This document shows positions 59,270 through 64,000 of a stretch of 64,000 nucleotides of DNA, one piece after another; position 1 is the first letter of the stretch, and each line of letters begins with the position of its first letter. The position numbers and the translations under genes are program-made. The notes beneath the pieces were generated by a model. It saw only the letters and a program-made list of their open reading frames with translations. It ran no database searches and was not told the DNA's origin. This DNA is from the human T2T-CHM13v2.0 reference genome, Homo sapiens. The DNA lies in the NCBI RefSeq assembly GCF_009914755.1, contig NC_060934.1; one strand, given 5' to 3'.

Positions 59270-59500
59270 ATAGAAGCTCATATTTATTGGGAGCTTAGTT
59301 TGTGAGACCCTGTTTTAGATTTTACATGCATATTTCATTACAACAAGTATATGAGGAAGGTACTGATTTTTATCCCTACTTTTCAGTTGAGGAAGCTGAA
59401 GCCCAGAGAAGTAAAGTAACTTGTCCAATGTCATACATCTAGGAAGTGGCAAAGCTATAGTTTCTCCTAGACTCCAGAATTTATACTCTTACTATATAGT
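59270..59500 (+). mobile_element. MIR
   Basis: Core ttttcagttgaggaagctgaagcccagagaagtaaagtaacttgtccaatgtcataca. Confidence 0.7.
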
Positions 59501-59517
59501 TGTAACCATAAAGAACA

Positions 59518-59998
59518 TTTTGTTTTTTTAATTTTTAATTTATTTATTTTTAAGAGACAGAGTCTTGCTATGTTGCCAAGTGCAGTGGGTACTCACGGGC
59601 ACAATCCCATTGCTGATCAGCATGAGAATTTTTAAATTGTTATTTTTAATTTTTTGTTTGTTTGTTTAATAGGGACAGGGTCTCACTGCATTACCCAGGC
59701 TGATCTCCAACTCCTGGGCTCAATTGATCCTCCTGCCGCAGCCTCCCGAAGTGCTAGGATTACAGGCGTGAGCCAGCGTGCCCATGGTATTTTTAACATG
59801 CCCTTGTTTCCAACCTGGACCAGTTCACCCCTCCTTAGGGAACCTGTGGTCCTCCACTCCCAGGAGGTCACTATATTGATGGCAAGCTTAGTGCAGACAC
59901 CTGATCGGCTACAACTCTGAACTCCTGGGCTCAAGTGAGCCTCCTGCCTCAGTCTCCCAAGTAGCCAGGACTACAGGCACGCATGCCGCTGCACCCAG
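59518..59998 (-). pseudogene. 7SL (SRP RNA) retropseudogene interrupted by an Alu monomer
   Basis: Contains 7SL S-domain sequence absent from Alu (reverse complement ...CATCAATATAGTGACCTCCTGGGAGTGGAGGACCACAGGTTCCCTAAGGAGGGGTGAACTGGTCCAGGTTGGAAAC... and GCTGATCAGCAATGGGATTGTGCCCGTGAGTACCCACTGCAC); A-rich tail at 59518-59552. Confidence 0.9.
59636..59782 (-). mobile_element. FLAM-type Alu monomer inserted in the 7SL pseudogene
   Basis: Left-arm Alu sequence with its own tail; degenerate TSD catgagaatttttaa / catggtatttttaa. Confidence 0.8.
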
Positions 59999-60011
59999 AG
60001 AGAATATTTAA

Positions 60012-61989
<1,978 letters not shown>

Positions 61990-62466
61990 AAACTGAAAAA
62001 TTTTAAGTAACAGATGTATTCCAGACCTTGTTGAATACCAACACAGCAGACAGTTTGCTATTATAACTTCTAGCAATAGAATGAAGAGATGCCAAAAATA
62101 AGGATTACCTAAGGGAGACTACTGACTAGAATTAGAAGAAGATGGGAGGCTTAACATTGGGAAACAACAGTGTTTAAAGGACAAACAGAATAAGGACTAG
62201 GAGCTGGGGCATGTCAGTGAGAGGGTAGGAAGGAGCCAGGAGGCCAGGGCGGGCTACCCATCCCCTCCATGCACCACTAGTGATTACCATGTCACTAATC
62301 CAACATATGCTTCACAGTCCTAGCTTTCAGAATGCTCTCCTTGAAATTTCTCGTCTGTTCCTTTTTTCTGAAGAACATGCATCCTGAATGTTGGATCATG
62401 AAAAGTCTTGAATGCTGTACTAGCTCTTCCTGGCTAGGCAGTGGGGAACCACTGTTTTTTAGTAAG

Positions 62467-62525
62467 TCACCTGAACTCATTAATGCTCTGATATATCACT
62501 CGCCTGAACTCATTAATGCTCTGAT
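62467..62525 (+). repeat. Direct duplication of 26 bp with 7-bp spacer
   Basis: tc(a/g)cctgaactcattaatgctctgat at 62467 and 62500. Confidence 0.9.
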
Positions 62526-63671
62526 GAATGACTCATTAGCATTGTAAGAAATGGGTTGCAGGCGGGACAAGCACCTGTTGGGAGGGAAAGGAATGTGTAA
62601 TGTAAAACAGTAGTAGTGGTGGGGCATGGGCACATTTAAGCAGCAGAGGGGTAGGTGGGGGCTGGTGGCAAGGAGTGGGAAGGGAGAGGCAAGATGACTT
62701 CAGATGTTAGTTTACTTGATTAGCAGCATAGCGTCAACAAATGAGTTGGGCGCTATGAAAGGAAAAGCAGGTTTGGACATTGCTGAGTTTGGGGAGCCAA
62801 TGGAATATCCAGGTGGGAATTTCCATTAGGCAGTTGTAGGTAAAAGGTTCAAAAGCTGAGGAAAGGGTCTGGAATCTAAATCTGTAAGTAATCACTTGGA
62901 ATTTATACATCCTTGGTTTTCTTTCCTATTATCTCTACATTATTTCACTATTGTTAATATATGTTTATACCTCTGACACTGTATGCTGATTAGATCCTGC
63001 CTTAGAGATAGCCCCCTTCCCCTCTTTCTCTTTACAGCTCACACGTTTTGCTCTACCTACAATTGTTTCTACCTGTTGGTATGTTTAGTTCTACCTGATT
63101 CTACTCTATCCGTCTTAGATATACAGCTCTCTCTTTCCAATTGGAAAATGTTCCCTACCTCCAAAGTCTTTCACTTTTAACTTATGTGGAAGATAATTAT
63201 AGTGCTATTTAGGGAAAAATAATCAAGTGTGTTAAGAATGCCTTATATTCAGATATATTTATAGTAGAAGGGACCAGTGCATACTGAATATTATTACTCT
63301 CCTAGGCACTACGGCTTTGGAACCACTACTTTGCCTTCTGGTCCTAAAAAAAATTATTTTTAATGTATCAGAAATATACATGATAACATTTTCCTTATGT
63401 AAATAAAAACTATTAAGCCTTTTTTATATAGAGCAGTGGACTTCCATACTGCTATCATTTGAATATAAAGAAGCAATTTTGTTAATTTACCTAGATTTAG
63501 ATTTTAGATTTGCTGTTTTCTTATTTCGTGCCTTTAGGCAGGTTATTTAACCTATTTGATCTCTACTTGCTTGGTATATGGGAGGCATGCATAGTATTTT
63601 GTTGTGACTAGTAGGTTAACCACATTGTGAAGGAATTTATGGCATGATCAGAACGTTTTTTCTCTCTCTAG

Positions 63672-63779
63672 ATGTTGTTATTCATGAGGACCAATGGATT
63701 GGCGAGACAGTACTACAATCAACATTTAGCAGTCAGTTATTAAATCTTGGGAGTTATTCATCTATTCAGCCTGAAGAAT
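63672..63779 (+). CDS. SHLD2: SHLD2 second coding exon (108 nt, phase 1-1)
   Basis: Acceptor tctctctctag|AT, donor AAT|gtaagg; continues in frame as [36 protein letters not shown]. Confidence 0.95.
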
Positions 63780-64000
63780 GTAAGGCACATTTTAAATGAA
63801 GTAATGTAGTAGTGTTTAAAGTATAAAAACATACTAGGAAGGATTAGGGTTAAAATGGTTCTTTTACAAAATGTTTTCTAAACAGTTGGAGAGTATTGGT
63901 TTCTTTTCATTAGTAAGAATGAAAATAGAATTTTAAGAAATGAACTTGTACATTGTAAATCACATTTATTTTAAGAAGTATTGGGTCTCATGTTTCGTTT

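Overview
Human (primate) genomic DNA: the head-to-head GLUD1 / SHLD2 (FAM35A) locus. On the minus strand the window opens inside GLUD1 exon 1 (ATG at 402, codons 1-134 visible; missed by the ORF track because no stop lies in the window). A CpG-island bidirectional promoter follows. SHLD2 runs on the plus strand: non-coding exon 1 (donor after 881), a 56-nt 5'UTR exon (2567-2622), a ~54-kb intron, a 1530-nt exon with the start codon (56980-58509, ATG 56985) and a 108-nt exon (63672-63779). The gene continues past the window. The introns hold roughly 80-90 Alus (hand estimate; only some listed), old L1/HAL1/L2/MIR, MaLR LTRs, hAT MITEs, a 7SL pseudogene and a tailless U2 fragment. Almost all short ORFs in the track are repeat-derived noise. 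I see no demonstrably new biological system. The best leads are all inferred post-transcriptional features of SHLD2: (i) the start-codon exon, bracketed by inverted Alus, would form a stop-free (rolling-circle) ORF if back-spliced, while the exon 3+4 circle creates a TAA at its junction; (ii) a 51-codon upstream ORF overlapping the main ATG; (iii) a candidate poison exon at 62331-62461. Repeat boundaries and subfamily names are by eye and approximate.
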